Translations under genes and position numbers: made by a program
Notes under the pieces: generated by a model
The model's database searches: none
What the model saw: the letters and a program-made list of their open reading frames with translations, nothing else
Told to the model about the DNA's origin: nothing
Shown: positions 61,366 to 64,000 of the stretch, piece by piece
Layout: each line of letters opens with the position of its first letter
Numbering within the stretch: the first letter of the stretch is position 1
Origin: Malacoraja senta
Taxonomy: Eukaryota
Length of the DNA: 64,000 nucleotides
Direction: 5' to 3'
Assembly (NCBI GenBank): GCA_038087875.1
Contig: CM075990.1
Span: 5,644,001 to 5,708,000, forward strand

Positions 61366-61635
61366 TTGGGTGGCACGGTGGCACAGTGGTAGAGTTGCTG
61401 CTTTACAGCGCTTGCAGTGCCAGAGACCCGGGTTCGATCCCGACTACGGGTGCTGTCTGTACGGAGTTTGTACGTTCTCCCCGTCACCGCATGGGTTTTC
61501 CCCGAGATTTTCGGTTTCCTCCCACACTCCAAAGACGTACAGGTTTGTATGTTAATTGGCTTGGTATAAGTGTAAATAGTTAATGTGCATGGGTCGGTGT
61601 GCCGAAGGGCCTGTTTCCGCACTGTATCTCTAAAA
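61366..61635 (+). mobile_element. V-SINE (HE1-like)
   Basis: GGGTGGCACGGTGGCACAGTGGTAGAG A-box head, GGTTCGATCCC B-box, V-domain and tail. Confidence 0.88.
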
Positions 61636-61851
61636 TAAAAAAATATATAATAACTGCAGATCATTTTATAGATGGTGGACACTACGATAGTGGGGGGAAT
61701 ACATTTTAAAAGTAGTGGATGAAGAAGAAACTCATTACTAGCATATTAGCCTAATTTGGATCTAATTGATACCCAGAGAGAAAATGTTTTGGTTCCTAAC
61801 CTGGTGGTGGGAAAATTGACCGAACAGTGACAAATCTAACAAATGTTAGAT

Positions 61852-61965
61852 CGACACAAAAAGCTGGAGTAACTCAGCAGGACAGGCAGCATTTCTGGAG
61901 AGAAGGAATGGGTGACGTTTTGGTCTATCTTCAGTTTAAACCAGCATCTGCCATTCCCACACATT
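61852..61965. mobile_element. Penelope-derived element, internally deleted
   Basis: Perfect direct repeat TAACAAATGTTAGAT at 61837-61851 and 61966-61980. Confidence 0.7.
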
Positions 61966-63335
61966 TAACAAATGTTAGATGCTATCAGTGAGGTGGATCT
62001 TTTATTTCCAAGGCCTATTCTTGCAACTATTGTCTATTATGTCACACTGATTGCACTTGTGAATGTTTGTATTACTGCTTTGATTTGATGAAAATTATCA
62101 TTCTTGTTTTTGACTTGTTCTGTACAAAAGCATCCTGATCTGGAACCAAAATGGAGTTGAGTGACTCTAGTTTGCTCTAGCCAAGTCTGTCAGGGGGTAA
62201 GAGAACTCAGCATATGGTCTGGATTTGGATAACAAGAAAGGCCAACTCCTTGCAAAGCAATGGTGAGCATGGTTTTACAAGAACTGTCAAGTAGAATCCT
62301 GGGCCTATCACTCAAAAGCACCACCTCATATATGCCTGGTGCTGCTGACGAGAATTGGTGCTGAAAGACATGCAAAGCTGCAGCGATGTGATTAATCCAT
62401 GCAGTTTATGATTTTGGCATCTTAAATGATACATTTACTGTAGCTAGGGATGAAAGGATTGCAAGCAACATATTGTATGGAGACTACTGTGTATATTTTT
62501 TGAGCGTGGATTGAAAAGTTTAATATAAACAAAGTTCTGTTTTGGAAACTTAAAGCTGTTTTTTCAATTATTTAAGCTTTTTTCCAGTTATGGTTCCTGC
62601 TGACTATACCAGTATTTATTGTCCATCACCAATTGCCCTAAGCAGCTGGCGCTGGGCTACCATTTTGAACTATTGTTATTCTTTGGGTGAAAGTGCACCT
62701 ATAAAGTTGTTGGGCACGGAGTTCCCAGATTTAGACCGAGCAACAATGAAGTAACAACAAAGTGTTTGTCAATGTTGTATATCTTATTGGGGAATCTGCA
62801 ACCGGTGGCGCTCCCTTGCACCTCCGGCCCTCGGATTGCTTGCTGGTACCGGTTGTTGGAGAAGCCTAGCTTAGTAAGTACGGTGACTTTACTAGATGCT
62901 ATGAATTGCTGAGGTGGAGGGAATGAAAGTTTAACGTTAGATGGGGTATCAAATCAAGTGGGCTACTTGCTTCTGGAGGGTGTTGAGCTGCTTTGTTTTA
63001 TTTTGCTTTGCTGTATTGTTGTTGCTTCTATCATCCAGTGAAGTAGAAAGGATTCCATTGCACTTGTAGATACCAGTAACATTTTTGCATTCCCGATGAA
63101 TCATTTAGTTCCATATATCCAACTCAGCATATATTTAAGCTTTTGGTTGTTATTTTTGGACATTGGTGACCTTCAGGATGTATTTGTGGAACACAACTAG
63201 CCCTATCTATACATTCCCGCTGTTCAATATGACTGTATCGGTGATCAATGGTATTATTCATGTTGTATAATTATGGATGTAATAACTATGAAAATATGAA
63301 TTCTAAATTCCCCCCCACAGATCAGGAATTAACCA

Positions 63336-63363
<28 letters not shown>
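63336..63363. repeat. (TG)n microsatellite
   Basis: Read directly from the sequence. Confidence 0.95.
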
Positions 63364-63366
<3 letters not shown>

Positions 63367-63642
63367 AGTAAAATAGATAGATGTCCCAGATAGAACAATG
63401 AATTTCTTACTTGTAGCAGCACAACAGAATATGTAAATCTATCCCCTTCCTCTGACATTGAACAATATTACCATCATCAAAGTCTTCATCATCAACAGTT
63501 TAATTGCCACATCAATGTCATGGCTATAAAAGTAGGTCAAATGCTTGACATTGTTCAATAAGCTGTATATATCACCAGTCTACACTGTTTTAATGCTGCA
63601 TTTATCAACATGGTGTAAATCTAAAAACATTCAAGCAGTTAA

Positions 63643-64000
63643 ATAGATAGATAGATAGATAGATAAACATTTATTGTCACGTACACCAATTGGTGCAGTG
63701 ACATTTGACGCCACGCAGCACACAAATAAAGATAACATCCAAGAATTTAACAACAACATAAAAACATCCCCCCACAATGGTTCCCACTGTGGGGGAAGGC
63801 AGCAAAGTCCAGTCCCATCCCCAGTTCACCCATAGTCGGGGCCTATTGAGGCCTCTGCAGTCGCCGCTACGGCAGCCCGATGCTTCAGGCCCTCTCGCCG
63901 GATGATGGAATTCTGGCGTCGGGTGAACACTTTCAGCGGCCCGGAGTGTCTGGAGCGGCCGCCTCCTCCCAGTAGACCACGGCTCCCGAAGTCCACGAGC
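63643..64000 (-). mobile_element. 3' end of an unclassified retroelement running off the window
   Basis: (GATA)n followed by TTTATTGTCAC, the minus-strand GTGACAATAAA tail shared with the Rex-type ends, then a CpG-rich body. Confidence 0.55.

Noticed and set aside
61366..61450. tRNA-like sequence with A and B boxes (also at 20095, 16920 and 6524)
   Set aside because: These are SINE heads continuing into the V-domain and CR1-like tail, with no complete cloverleaf.
4741..61980. Recurring repeats with unique flanks as a CRISPR-like or prokaryotic system
   Set aside because: The copies are dispersed, in both orientations and flanked by TSDs within a spliced vertebrate gene. There is no regular repeat-spacer array and no cas-like ORF.

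Overview
This is eukaryotic (vertebrate) genomic DNA. The repeat content (HE1/V-SINE-like tRNA SINEs, CR1 LINEs, Penelope-like elements) suggests a cartilaginous fish such as a skate or ray; that assignment is an inference. The + strand carries seven internal coding exons of PALD1 (paladin): 232-366, 2025-2138, 4271-4450, 6116-6313, 10273-10413, 12788-12859 and 17263-17403. Together they give 327 aa, are all phase 0, and include a CX5R motif (CHSGKGR). I could not find the next exon, so 17404-64000 appears to be one very long intron. The rest of the window is transposon-rich: a near-complete CR1 LINE nested in another CR1, a fossil hAT transposon with a CGGBP/DUF659-like transposase, PIF/Harbinger-like and hAT MITEs, Rex/Babar and RTE fragments, V-SINEs, Deu-type SINE relics and microsatellites. 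The most unusual signal is about 15 copies of a minimal hammerhead-ribozyme-like core (CTGAAGA-A-GGGT-YTCG-RCCC-GAAAC-GTY). It sits at the 3' end of Penelope-like GIY-YIG fragments and in short, non-coding, often fold-back derivatives flanked by 12-17 bp direct repeats. Most ORFs in the supplied track are repeat-derived or spurious. Family assignments are from motif recall, not database searches, and repeat boundaries are approximate unless a TSD is quoted.
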